NCBI GenBank assembly: GCA_904063045.1
Contig: CAJFCJ010000010.1
Location: forward strand, 1-64,000
Direction: 5' to 3'
DNA: 64,000 nt
DNA from: Dimorphilus gyrociliatus
Taxonomy: Eukaryota > Animalia > Annelida
Position numbers and translations under genes: made by a program. The notes under the pieces were generated by a model that worked only from the letters and a program-made list of their open reading frames with translations, searched no databases and was not told the DNA's origin. Each line of letters starts with the position of its first letter. Position 1 is the first letter of the stretch. This document shows, one piece after another, positions 13,380 through 27,054 of this stretch.

Positions 13380-16300
13380 TCACTGAATGTCCTTCTCGGC
13401 ATATCTTTTTGAATATTTATCACAATTTTCTAATGGGGAGTCTTGATTATGTACGGGTGAGTTTCCGTGATCAATAGATGATTGGTTTTGTACCTTGCTT
13501 TCCAAAGTCTATTTATAAAATGGTATGTCATTAAGACGACAGATTTACAATGAAGTTACATACTTTGAAAGCCCCTCTCCTCAAAAATTCCAGACGAGCC
13601 TTTTCTTGGGCAATCCAATGCGGAATATCAGGTATTGCATAAGCCAAAAGAAATTTGCATGCGAGAATGATATGCTAAAAAAGTTTTACGTAATAATCAC
13701 TTCCCTATATGTTAATCTTTAAGATTCTTACCTCCAAAGCAACTATAAGAACAATCATTTCGGTTGTACCAAAATTAGGAAAGAGTCTGTGAGCCAAGCC
13801 AGAGTTCCCAATAAGAGCACAATTTATTATCACGGCTGTTACACTCATCACTTCCAGAGCATCCTATTACGAAAAGTTAACTTTATATTCAAAATTTTTA
13901 TACAAATTAATAATTTCAAACCTGCCATGTTCCTATATTTTGAACTCGTTGGCCAAATGGTCTTTGAAAGGTATGACAGAGCTTAAAGGCATCCGATCGT
14001 ATCTCAATAACATTATTTAGGAAGGCACACAGTGCCGCTAGAGGAAAAGCCGAAGAAAACAAAACCACATACCCAAATTGTATAAACATTTCTAAATAAT
14101 CTTCAAAAGTATCTTCATACTAAAGTGATAGGCTAGAGTGAAATTCAATATGAACTTTTTATTTAATTTTTATTAATACCTTTTCCATGCTAGCTTCGAT
14201 CTCTGCTTGAGACAGGGTTGGACCGGAATATTCCACCGAACTTTCAGGCTTAACGTTCTCTAGTTTTTCTGGTTTTCTGTGTCTGATCTCAGTTTCAACT
14301 CTAGAAACTATTTTCTCTTTAATTTCCGTCGCTTGCTTTGTCAACGTATTTGGACTAATATCAGAGGTCATTTCATATCCAATCCTAAACAGTTTTATAC
14401 GATTTTTTACATAAGGTAAGAGAGCCTCTTTAATGTTTCCAATTACTTGACGAGTTATAAGCAAAGCGGCCAATTGCTCTCTTAGACGATTCATATCTTG
14501 AAGGTAGAATGCAATATAGAAAAGAGAAAGGAATGAATTGACAAATTGAAACTGTTGGAATAGAGAAAAAAAGCTCTTTCAAAAAGATCAAAGGTTCATA
14601 TATAACAAACCAATATAAGCTTTATAATCAAATGGTTTTCGTGTTCATCGTCCAATCGATGATTTTCTTTGTTATTTAACCACACTGCAATTTTTTTATA
14701 AGCATTATCCAAAATTCCTATTGAAAGGGCTAAAGCAACTTTAGGAAGAAACTTGGTAAAAGAAGGCAAAAATCCTTTGGAAATTTTGAGATTAATCCAA
14801 TCTTGAACCTAAAAACAGCATTGAAAATAAGCTAAATTATTTAAGAAATATAGCATAGTTCAGAGGATTTGATTAATTTTTTGTTTTTTTTATAGCTTAT
14901 TGATCGAGAATGCCAGAAATTGGAATAAGAATAATACTCATATTTACCATAAATATTAACAGCATAACTCCAAACACGACTCCAAGAGAAATGCAAATTA
15001 CGGGTACCGTCACAAAATAACGAAAGAGATTGCGCTTCCATGCTGGGTAATGCCTCTCTGTCCTATTCGTAACGGGATTCTGGATCAGATTTCCCTATTA
15101 TGGAGGAATTATTGATTGTATAAGTGGTTCGAACAAAAATAAACTCAAACAGAGTGATTAAGCTTTGTTATAACAAAGAATTATAGAATTGACTATTTAA
15201 AATATTGAAATTACATTTAAATCTTACTTTATATAAAGGTCTTGGTTCTACTAATAAATCGTCCTCTTTATCTAAAGTTCCCCATTCATAGGCAATTTCT
15301 GAACTACGTCTACAAAAAAACTTTATATGTCTATTTTGGCATCTTTAATGATTATATAAATTCAAACGTACCTTTTCCAATGCTCTAAGTAGAGTGTCGA
15401 CCAAACAACATTGATGAAAGCGAATATAACAAATAAAAGATCATCTATTTTCTGTTCTTTTCCAGCAATTGCCCAAATAATGATACCAATTATTGTAGGT
15501 AATAATAAAGCTTTAGTATAATGTCCAAGGTAGGCAAAATACATTCCAATCTTAATGCCAAAGTATTCAGCTATTTTATCTATTTAATTAATGTAAAATT
15601 TAAAGACTATAATTATTAATTTTAAAGCATTACTTAGGGGTTGGTTCTTCCAGAATTTCTTTACCCATGCATTTTTCAAAAATGATAAATCCTTGGAATC
15701 ATGAATGGGAAGCACGTGCTGTATAATTCCTTTTGACTCCAAAAGTGGAACTAAAAAAAATTATATTTTGCTTACGCTTAATACAACTTGTTAAATGTCA
15801 TTTAAAAAAAGATAGATATCGGATTAATCTTTTGATTGACGTGACAAATGCATACAATGCTTAGTAAACATTGCAGCCGAAGTAAAGTAGTTAAGTTATT
15901 TTTCATTTAGGGCAGGTATAGAGAAGAAAATCTGTGTAGCTTACCTATAGCTTGACCCTGAAGAAATTTTATATTTCCACATGTTTCATTTTTTAATGCT
16001 CTTAAATTATCAATCATTGATCGAACTATGCATTGGCGTTCTTCGCTTGTTAAAAGCCTATCGATATCGTCATTATGCAGGAATATTTCTTTCTCATCGA
16101 CTGTGAATTCTCTTTTTCCTCCACCAAATTCGACTTTTACCTCTTTTATTAAGCCGTGAATTTCTGCTCCTCTTAATAAGCTGTTTTCGGAAAAGTAGTA
16201 CACAATGATAAAGCATTACTATTTACAATAAAGCAACTTACCTTCTATTGTTGGTTGTAAAATACAATCCCCAAATTTTAGTGTTGTTGTGATATCTCAC

Positions 16301-16836
16301 TCGAACAATAAGCTCGGGAACTCGACCTCTAAAACATTGCAATAACCACTTAACCGTCTCCTCCTGAGCTGACTTGGGAAATGTGATTAGAACGTCACAC
16401 TCTTTGGTTGGTATTTGATTCATCCATACATTGCTTGATACTATTAGTCTTGCTTTGTCAGTAAACTGCTTGTTGATAAACTTTTCCGCTGCAAAAATGA
16501 CAAAGTCAATAATGAGGCATAGATTTACCTACGATTTTCCAAATACATTTGGGCATGACAGCAAAAGCAGACGGGATATAAGGTTAAAAGAGGAGAGGGA
16601 AGGGAGGGGTAGATATATAACGTTAGTGGAATATGAATGCAATGTGTTGTGAAACAGGTTGAATTTAACAAAGCTTTATGGAAAAAAAAGTAGTTCAATA
16701 TTCCGCTACGAACATCTGTCGTTCCTTTTCGAAATTGTACATTAAAAGAAATATATTCAAAATAACCATGGACATTACCCAGTAAACGTAATGATCTCTT
16801 TCCATGGCGTTCGTGATAGAGGTGAAGTCTTTCCAT
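13380..16836 (-). CDS. ANO8: Anoctamin-8-like (TMEM16H); about 13 coding exons
   Basis: [97 protein letters not shown]. Ca2+-site residues in TM6-8 (N..KE, D..E, E...D) are present. Exon phases were checked by hand; the first exon (16836-16779) is less certain. Confidence 0.92.
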
Positions 16837-18297
16837 TCTCTCCTCAAATGTTTCATAAAAGTATTTGAATTATTAGTTAATTATACTTATTTAATTTACA
16901 GAGAATAATCTTCGAGTTTACTCATTATCTGATTTAATCTGTTATCTTATCTAATTATGCCACTTGTAGATCAACTATATAATCAAAAGCATATGCTGTC
17001 AGAATACCTTAGAAAGCTCATCTCTCAGTAAAGAATTAATTGTATTCTGCTGTAGCTATACAAGGATACTAAAGTGAAGCAATATTTCTCAAGGAATATT
17101 TAAAATTACCTTTTTAAACCTCTACCAAGAAAGATCCTATAATAAATGAACGATCAGTGAAAACTTCATTGTAAAAAGAGAACTCTGTTGTCTATCGCTT
17201 GCGAAAATGTACTTTAAATAGAGTGTATGTCAGTCACACGTAGTCAAACAAATTTATTCAGTTTCTTCTCACATCTGATATTATTGAATTATTAAAGATA
17301 TGTTCTCTGGATGGTTTATTTTTAGTTGTTATAATTCAAATAGTTCAATAAAGCTACGTCTCGCTAGCAAATGCTAATTTAAATATCACATTTCCCTTTT
17401 CTCTTCTTTTTTTTTGAATCAATCGAACTAGCAGAACTTAATTGATTATTCGAGTGAGGTATTTATTTATGTTAAGTTCTTTTACATAGTTTGTTATTTG
17501 ACTATAAATCTCAGTGAAGTATCATAATAAATGTCCATTATGAAAATAAGACGAAATATAAATCATAAAAATATGAATTTATTAGTGGAAATAACGATTG
17601 CAAACTATTAATGTCAAGTCAATTTTAGGAATAAATAAGAGAATGAATGAGGTTAAAAAGATGCTTTAGCAGACATACCCGACTGCATTTGATATCCATT
17701 TATAAATTGACAAACACCTGCATTTTACTTCGATCATGTTCTAAAATAGACAGCTGCAGTGGCGCCGTTTGTCCACCATGTTTGCTGTCTTATAAAAAGT
17801 GGTTCGAGTTCCGCTGTAAGGAAACGGAAATATTTTCTCGCGCTGATGAATATATACAGACCAAATTTATAAGTATCAAGTAAACTTTCTCAAACAAAAA
17901 AAAGCTGCTTTTCAAAAACGCTCATATCATTTTATAATTACGTAATTAAATGACATAAGAAGTATTCTCTTTTCATTATCTAAACTGTATCATGTATAAA
18001 AGTAAACAAGATAATTGGATATAATCTTCAGTGCAATATAATACTCTTTCTGTATTAAACATATCTCTTTCTGAAGTCATACTTTGAAAAGCCAAGAAAC
18101 AGCTTTAACAAGAAAATTTTCATTTGTTAATAGCGTATCATTAAAATGCTTCTTTTTAAATAACAATAAGGAAATTAATAGGCGGTACAAACATTCTCAT
18201 TAAATAAAACGCAGGGGAAGCAGGAAACTTTCAAATGATAATAACTATTTTACCTATAAAGGGATTGTTGTTTTTCGAAGTTTAAAATTTATTAAGC

Positions 18298-18560
18298 ACT
18301 TACCTTTAGTAATTCCTCAACTTCACCAATCACATCACAAGTAGCTCTGCTTGCTTAGTCGATAATAGAATATGGTCATGTGACTTAATGGGGGAAAAAC
18401 AGTTAATTTCATAATCACGTGGCCTATTGGAAGTTATAAAAAAAGCCCGCTTTTGAAAACCGGATATAGTTCCTTTAGAGTGTTACATAGAATTGTATAA
18501 CATGTATGAGTAGTTATCAGGAATGACCTTAAATTAATTTCAATAATTCCGCCATATTGT
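18298..18560. promoter_or_regulatory. Probable bidirectional promoter for ANO8 (-) and the CPEB-like gene (+)
   Basis: Minus-strand donor AAG|GTAAGT at 18303 implies an ANO8 non-coding first exon. CCAAT at 18326, GTCATGTGAC at 18375-18384, TCACGTGG at 18415-18422, ATTGG at 18426, TATAAAAAAAG at 18435, YY1-like CCGCCATATT at 18549. Confidence 0.55.
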
Positions 18561-19156
18561 TTTCCCTAATTAATTCATAATTGCCTATTCATCTCAAACA
18601 ATTAACGCTATAATTTCGGGGGTCGGTAGCGTCTTTCCGTGTTCTCTGCAGCGCACTTCGCAATCTTCCGAACGTTATTCCTTCTTCAATATTGTCAGTT
18701 TCAACATAAAGCTTTTCAGTAAGTTTATGGTGTAAATTGTAACTTTATAAAAGAAGTTTTAGAATTTCCAAATTTTGTTGAAAAAATATTAAGTTTAAGC
18801 GCAAAAAAATGGTTTAAAGAAAAGGGCAAAAAACAAAAATGGCCTACATGGTCTTTTCGTTTATATTTCTCTAATTAGATAATTTTTTTCACACTTAATT
18901 AATTATATGCGTTTTCTGAAGAATATCTAATTAAAGTAAATGCAAACACTTTATTTTTAAGATTTTGACTAAATTTCTTAATGAAGGCTCCTAGCACTTG
19001 AGGCTCTCAGCCAAAAAAATTAATTCTACCTGCTGTGAAATTTCATTTAATTTTAACATTGGAGCCTCTTTAAGTAGTTTGAAATTAATTATTGACGATA
19101 ATTTCTATAATTTGAATATATTTACTAAATCTTTTCTTTATCTTTCTTTTTTAGGT

Positions 19157-20380
19157 ATGTCTAACTCGGCGGCTCCCCATAGCATTCTTTCTATCGACCA
19201 GATCACTAAAGTTTATTATGATGAACTGACACAGTTGGCAAGAAAGAACCGTAGAATGTCCAATTCGCATTTGAAGAAACGAACAACTCTGCTCTTTAAT
19301 AAGAACTTGTCAACTGTTAATATATCTGGTATGTTTAGTCAAAAAGTCTTTGTCGGGGGAGCACCGCCGGGTATAAGTGATACTGAAATTTTGAACGCTT
19401 TCGGTAAATACGGCAATTTCACCATAGAAAAAAAAAAGGCTAACGAGAAAAGCAGTTTTTTTTATGTTATTTATGAGTCCAATCAGTGTGTTAAGGGTTT
19501 GCTGACCACGTGTGTCATTAATAGCGTTGGTGAATTTTATACCCGGATCGGCACCCATATTGTTCAAGTTATTCCATGGGAAATAAATAATTCGCATTAC
19601 GTGCCCGCAACCAACATGACACTATTAGATAATAAGAAAGTGGTATTTATCGGAGGTTTACACGGGAAAATGACAGCCAAGTTTATAGCGGAAGTGTTTA
19701 GCTACTTTGGACCGATAGTGATGGTTACGATAGACGTGGACAAGTACAAGTACCCGATTGGATCTGGTCGTGTAGCTTTTTCAGACAGTCAAGGTAAGCT
19801 GTTAATTTTATATCTTCCATATCAAGAGCTGAGAATAAAGTAGATTATTCCCATACATCAGCAAAATTGAAAAGAAACAAGTAATACAAACATTTATATT
19901 ATCATAAGAAAGCCAGAAATCATTATTTATAAACAATAAAGTAATCAAACATAACAGTTACAAACGGTTATCTTGGACGGGTATGATATAGCATAAGTTG
20001 CGGCAGTAAATTATGTTTCGTTTTTGTTTTTTATTATATATATATATGATAGATTATCATATAAAGTAATAATTATCATTTTTGAAGGCTATTTTACTGC
20101 TATAATGCAAGAATTTATCGATATTGAGACTCCCGATTTTCGTAAGACGGTCCAAGTAACACCTCAACTTGAAGATTCTCTCTGCTACATATGTAAGAGC
20201 GAAGTTGGGCCATTCTTCTGCAAAGATTTTACTTGCTATCAGTATTATTGTACTCTGTGTTGGAAACTAAAGCATTCCGGACCCGGCTACGTACATCATC
20301 AGCCTCTGATTCGTGATAGCAAGCATAAACCTAAGCTTGGACCAATTCTCTCAAAATTTTCTAATTTATCATTAAAATAA
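19157..20380 (+). CDS. CPEB1: CPEB1/Orb-like RNA-binding protein (2 RRM + ZZ finger), ~309 aa, lacking the long N-terminal region; exons 19157-19793, 20088-20380
   Basis: KVFVGG, VQVIPW, VFIGGLHG, IDVDKYKYPIGSGRVAF, and ZZ domain CYIC..GPFFCKDFTCYQYYCTLCW..KH...HHQP. Phase-1 GT-AG intron. CPEB1-type rather than CPEB2-4-type from remembered motifs; orthologue versus paralogue is unresolved. Confidence 0.85.
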
Positions 20381-21251
20381 GTCATTTGTAGTTTGTTACA
20401 GATGTAGTTTAGTTTTGTTAAGACGTAGTTTTAGTTTAATTTTTTTTGGAACGGTCTTTTTTTTGTTAGAATTAGCTTCACGAGAAAAAGACCATATTTG
20501 TTCCATAAGTAATTAATTTAAAAGCTATTTTACAGATATTTTTATAAATTCTTAAAGAAGCTAACATTTGTATTCTATATCTGTATGATATATGTCATGT
20601 ATAATATATAAATATATTATAAAGATATGTATATATTAAGATATTTTGCTAACTTTATCTTGCTTAACTTTTGATCGTTGTATTTTATTTTACAGTTGAA
20701 AAAATGCCTACGATTATATTTTAATGTATTTTAAATGATTAAAATCAATAACTTATTGTAAGGCATTCATTTTTTCAACGCTATTTTGTTTTGAAGTATT
20801 GCCTATTATATAATATTTAATGTTAATTTAGTTTGTGTATAATTATTTTTGATTAAGATTTCAAAAAAAATATTAAAAATTCTGTATTTTTTAAACTATT
20901 TACTCTTTAGTTAGAGCTTTGTTTATTTGTAGTATTATTACTATAGCAATGTTTGTTAAGCTTATCTATTAATAAACTTGTACCTTATTTTAGAGACATT
21001 CTGAAAGTTATATAGGGTGTTAGAGTCTGGAGACAATAAAAGTTCTCTAAATTCCATGAAAAGATATAATGACTAAACTTCAAAGAAAAGTGAAGGATAT
21101 TATCTTTTCTTTGTTCTGAATCCCCTATTAAGGAAAAGGGGGAACAAAAACAGTTTAATTGGCCGGATGATACATTTTTTCATTTGATTACATTTATAAG
21201 AAGTAGAGTTAGGGTTTATAAACACCATTTACAGGCAGATAAATAAAATGA

Positions 21252-21268
21252 CACCAACAGGTGGCGCA
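21252..21268 (+). promoter_or_regulatory. Putative CTCF-binding site (CACCAACAGGTGGCGCA)
   Basis: Close match to the bilaterian CTCF core CCxxxAG(A/G)(T/G)GGCGC. Related cores at 202, 1072, 5239 and 26784(rc). Confidence 0.55.
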
Positions 21269-21330
21269 ATTGTTATCAATATTATAAAAAAATTATGATT
21301 ATTATGGAAACCTTAGGCGTCAGTTAAACC

Positions 21331-23749
21331 ATGCGGTTTATGAAAAACATGATATTTCTCTGGCAAAATATTATTATTCTTCAATTATCTTCATCATTTC
21401 TGCTCCATGATAAACATTTTAGAGAATTAACACCTCACTGTTTGAGCGATAGTTTGCCACAGGTTAGAAGCTGTTTTACTGATAATAGCTGTAAACAAAT
21501 AGGTTGCGGAAAAAAGTAAGTACAAGTGAAAAAAATTAAAATCTAATTGAAGTTTTCTAATAGTAATCGTGAAAAATTAAAAATTTAGATCAAGTCTTTG
21601 CTCTTGCGACATTGACTGCATTTACAGCAACTTTTGTTGTCAAGATTTCAACAGTACCTGTTCAAATTTATCCGAAATTACTTATTCAGAAGAAAATAAA
21701 AAGTTAGCGAATCAGATGGAATGTAAATTAATTGATGATGGAAAAATATCATATTATCCTGTAATAACTAAATGTTCCAATTTCCAAAATTGCCCAATCA
21801 ATCGGAAAATTGCAGATCTTGTTCCAGTAGAATATAACTTGATCAAACCTGTACTCTTCCTAAATCGCGATTGCGCTGCTTGTAACGGAATTAAAAACTA
21901 TTCAGTCACGAGTTTTATAATTTACACTGTTGAATACTTTTCAGTTAGCAACAAACAACCGAATTATACACTTAACGACCTAAATTATATTTTTAAGAAT
22001 GACCTCCATAAATTAAAAGTTAGAGTTAATTTAAGTCTTCAATTTTCAAACTGCTATCAGAATATTATCAGTTCGTGTCCGGAAAATTGTGCTAATGATC
22101 AATTAGTCAGAAAGTGTAAAGAAATTCAATCAATAGTGATTTACAATAATATAGTATATAAAAATGACTATTGTAAGAAGTGTCAAAATATGCTGAATTA
22201 TTCCTTAAGTTGTCAAATTAGACGGAGATATAGTCACAGTGATAAGGACCTTGGAGTTATGAATTTTCGTTATAGCTTTTTGTTTCAACTTAAGGAGCCT
22301 GAGACGGGGAAATGTGATGATGGAGAAATATACTTCAAAGAAACTGATAAATGTAGAAGTGTCCTCTCAAAATATTTCATACTGGAAAAGGTGAAATCTA
22401 TACGTGTTTATCTGAAATTACGCATGAAATATGAGAGAGGAAATTGTCGAAATTTACTGGTAAACTATACTAATAAAATGATTGAAACTGGACTAAACGA
22501 TATTGAAAGTTCACTGGAACAATTGAATTATTTAGGTTATGTTGAAGATTATCGTAACAAATGCTACAATTCATATACAAACGATTTTAAATTATATTGT
22601 GAAGGTGTGTGTGAAATATCCTTTTACGTTCCTAATTGGAGGAAAATTTCAAATATTATAACGCAAAACAGTCACGAAAATGGTACTTATCAATCTGTAA
22701 TACATATAAAAACTGGAGTTGCTTCAAACAATTTACATCAATTTAATGAAGTTACGTGTGATGATTATGTTGAATACATTGATGACCCCCCTTTTGAATC
22801 GAATAGAACTATTAGTATCCATAATGTTTCTTATGCTTGCAAAGAGGACGTTGAAATCTATGAAGCGGATAACAAAGTAGATAATATTTCAAAAGGTAAT
22901 TATATTGATGTCATCGGGATAATTTGTCTCAGTTTATCAGTATTTGCTTTACTAGTACGCTTAATTGCTCCTGCTTACTGTGCAGCTTTGAGAAAGAGAG
23001 CAAATTGGCTACAATGGAACTTAGCTTTAGCACTATTTTTATGGCTCACTTGTCTAATTTGTTCTCCTCTAGTGAGCTCCTGGTTATGGCCTTGCCGATT
23101 AATTGCTCTTTCCGGTCATTTATCTTTGCTAGCAACTATCACGTGGCAAAGCTTCATTGCTATTGATATGTACTTAAAATTTAGAGATAAAACGCTGATT
23201 GATTCTTATAAGTACTCTAATATGAAACTATGGAAGATATTTATCGCAATTTGGTTGGCTCCATGCATTCCGGTCACAATAGCACTAGTGTTAGAAACAC
23301 TACAACTGAAAGGAAAAGGCGAAGCTTTTTACGGCTTAAACAATAACAGAAATATATGTTGGATTCATGGTTTTGCGGGGAAAATTATACTCCTGCTTAT
23401 ACCATTTTTCTTACTCTGGTCTATAAATAGCATTCTGTTGACAGCAACAACTTTTAACTTACATTATCTTCTAAAGAACTCACCTGATCATGTGAAAAAG
23501 AGTAGGAAGGAAATTATTATCTATACAAAATTGTCTATTTTATTCGGAGGATCTTGGATACTTGTATTACTTAGCTCTTATATACGTAACGACATCGTAA
23601 CTCTTTTGAATATATTTGTCAACTCATGTCAAGGGCTTTGGTTGGCGTTAGCTACAATGAAAATAGGTCATTTCCGGAAAGAAGAAGGAAGCTCCTCCAG
23701 CTCTGAAAGACAAGTAAAATTGCAATGTCCAACTAGTCGTGCGATGTAA
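21331..23749 (+). CDS. SMB-domain, Cys-rich class B (Methuselah/adhesion-related) 7TM receptor, copy A; exons 21331-21515, 21589-23749
   Basis: Signal peptide, SMB-like CSCDIDCIYSNFCCQDF, two YxNxxCxxC modules, seven hydrophobic helices with CRLIA..H, CWI in ECL2 and NSCQG in TM7. Confidence 0.85.
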
Positions 23750-23939
23750 AAGATATAACTAGATTATTTATCGTATAGTAAAGTAACTACACACTTTCAT
23801 TTATCGTATATTATTCAATAGATGGTGTACAAAAACAAGTTATTCATCTGCACTCATAAACAAATTAATAAACATACTTAAACAATTCAACCTTATCATA
23901 ATTAACATATTTAAGTTCAGAGTTTTTTGACGATATTAT

Positions 23940-26442
23940 TCATCTATTTGCTGTATTCGATGGATTCGTTTTGCTAGTATCTGACTGTCTTTTAAACATG
24001 CCTTGCCAATATTTCTTTCTAGATAGAGCGGCCAAACCAATCCATATACCTATACATGCGTTTGATACGATATTCAATACTAAGATAACCTCATGTTTGA
24101 TAAATGATGCTAAAATCATAAAAATCCATGTTGCACCGAACAATATAGTTAATTTGCCGTATATTATTATCTCTCTCTTTGAATTAGTCTTTTTCGATGA
24201 TGGAGATTTTAATGTCAGTACATGTAGATTTCGTATTGATAAAGCTAATATAATTATGTTGAAAAGTAGCACTATAGCGAATGGTAGAAATAAAAGCATA
24301 AATTGTCCAGTAAATCCATATATCCAACATTGATTACCATCTGCCATAGTTTCTATCGAGTCGGATGAGTCACTTCCATATAACGCTTTTCCATAATTTT
24401 TCAGGTTTGCAGTATCTATCATGATTGATATTATGACTGGGACAGAGCTGACAGACCATACTGTTGCGAAAACAGTTGATACTTTTGCTCTAGTAAATAT
24501 GTTGTTACTTAGTAAGGATTGTTCTCGACACTTAAAAAAGATATCAGTTGCAAGAACAGCTTGCCATCCAATTGAACTTAGGATACTTAGATGACCAAAC
24601 ACTGCTAATATCCTACAAACCCATAAGTATTCGTAAAGAAAAGGAGATAGGAAGATACACCATTGCCATATAAGTAATGCAAAAACTAAATTCCATTGGA
24701 ACCATAGTCCTCTTGTTCTTAATGCAGGAAGAATTGCTGGAGCTATTAGTCTAAAAAGGAGAGCTAATAATGATAAAGAAGTACACACTAATCCAAAGAT
24801 ATCAATTGCCTCAGAAATAACTTCCTTTTTTCTCTCATCTTTCAAGTTTAAAGTTAAATTGGCGACTTCTTCTTTACAAATATAGGAATAATTATTAAAA
24901 TGAACAACTTTATGTGCCAGTGATACTAATGGCGAAGTTGAATTGAATTCAATGTATGTTTTGCATAATTGATCGCGTTTTAAATTGTATAGAACAATTG
25001 GAGAAAGTGGAACAAAATTTGCAATAACTCTTCCGTTAGGTAGAGGTGGATGATTGCGAGAGACATATCGGTTTACTTTTGGGAATGTATGAAATTCTAA
25101 TGCCAGTTTATTTGCTTGACATTCGCTTCCAGAACCTTTCACTACAATCATTCGACATTTGTACTCGCATTGTCTATAAAGTGAGTTCTTCAGTTGACAA
25201 ATATCAGATGGCATCAAGGGATTTTTGGCAATCTTCAACATGTTCATCTTCTCCACAAAACCCTCAATAGTTGAGTTAGCTATCTGCTGAAATACTTCCG
25301 GTGTCATACTACGACAAAGGACGTTGTCGACTATATGAAGAAATATTTCTACATTACAAACATCAACGTCAATCATAGGAAGAATTTCCTCCCTTGAAAC
25401 GACATTTAAGCATTTTTTCTCGCTTTCAACGTAGATTTGATCTTTTGTGCACTCAGCAGTTTTACTGTTTATTGAATTTTCATCTTTTCCAAGATTTAAC
25501 AGATCACTGAATAAAAAATTATACTTAAAAGTATTTAAATAAACGTTGAATTTAGACTGCGGTGGCAAATTACAGGTAGTCGGAAGAATTTCATGAGGCA
25601 TAGGTATGTTACAGAGTAAGCAATAAGCATTCTTGTAATAGTAAGCCTCCCAATTAGCAATAGTATGAATTGACTGGCATTTCTTTATTAATTCTTGATT
25701 TGTGCAAGTTTTAGGGCAAGTAGATATTAGATTGGGGAAACAGGTTTCCAATTTCGAGGAAAAGTTCAATTCTACACTGTAATTGATATGGTAAGTTTTT
25801 ATCAATTTTTCCAAATCTCTAAAACCAATACTAGGAGATTTTATATTATCCCAATTGCCCTTTAAATGAATTGTATAATCTATAGGTTTAACATTATGAA
25901 ACCCGTTACAAAGAGCACAACGAATATTTTTGAATAAAAGAGAACTTGAATTATGAATCATCGGAATATGATCAAGTAGACTTCCATTACCAAACTCACA
26001 ACTATCTCCATTGCTACATCTTGAAATAACAAGTAAACTATCAGCTGAGTCGTTGTAATATTTACATTCCATGGTATTTTTTAAGGTTTTATATACGAGA
26101 CTCTTTCTATACAGATTTGGGCAGGATTGTTGAAAATCAGGACAACAATTTTGGCTTACATGACAACTTTCTTGGCAAGAGCAGTGATTATCGCTATGAA
26201 CATTAACAAAGGAAACTTTCAATATACATAATACTTATATATTAAATAAAAATAGATTTATGTTTTTACCTATGCCCACATCCCAAAAGTTCACATGTCT
26301 GGCACAAAGGTACATTCTGAGGTAAAACTGTTTGAGAGCAGCTGTCACCAAACGGTATACCATTTACTTTATTTAGGCAGAGAACTACGGAGAGTAGAAC
26401 CAAAGATATTACGGACGAGCTTGATCGTCTCTCATTCGTCAT
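23940..26442 (-). CDS. SMB-domain class B-like 7TM receptor, copy B; exons 26442-26270, 26193-23940
   Basis: Signal peptide in exon 1 (MTNERRSSSSVISLVLLSVVLCLNKVNG), phase-2 intron after LGCGH, CSCQESCHVSQNCCPDF, 7TM with CWI and NACIG. Confidence 0.85.
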
Positions 26443-27054
26443 ACTTTTGAGTTTATTTTAGTACTATTAACCAAACTCTTTATATAGTAAAGCTGTTACT
26501 GCATTTATTAATATTAATTAATATTGTAGCAAGTGGTACATATGTCATTAATAAACAATTGATAGGTATTTGAGTACAAACAACAAGTGATAAACAACAA
26601 CGTCGGAAGTTCATTAATAAAAAAGTTGGCCTGTAAGTTTTACCTTGAAGTTACAATTTTGATTTTGTGTTTCAATTTTCTCAACACAATCAACTACTTT
26701 CTGGTCCTCTTTTCTTGCTGTTGAATATTTCTAATACAAATTGACCCCTTGATACAATGGGTCTGCTATTGTTGTATTGAAAAGCGCCATCTGTTATTTA
26801 TTAATAACTTTAATGGTACAGAGTAGTTCTCTTACAAGCTCAAGTTTGCGTATTCGTTTATATTATATGTTGAGTTATTTTTAGAAAGCGTTTTATTAAT
26901 TTATAGACTTATGAACAAAGAGACAATTTCTCATTAAATTGTATTTGCTCTAAATTTGAAGTTAAAGTAAACATTAAAAAATGATTTATTGAAAGCACAA
27001 CATTAACAGTAAATGTTGAATAATTCAAACGGAATAAAAGTAGATTATGTCATA

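Noticed and set aside
17750-17815. A-box-like AGCTGCAGTGG and B-box-like GGTTCGAGTTCC about 50 bp apart, suggesting a tRNA or SINE
   Set aside because: The T-loop would be 8 nt, and no acceptor or anticodon stems can be formed. There is no second copy in the window. At most a decayed Pol III remnant.
20381-21000. CPE-like TTTTAT/TTTTAAT elements in the CPEB 3' UTR suggesting autoregulation
   Set aside because: Expected many times by chance at this AT content.
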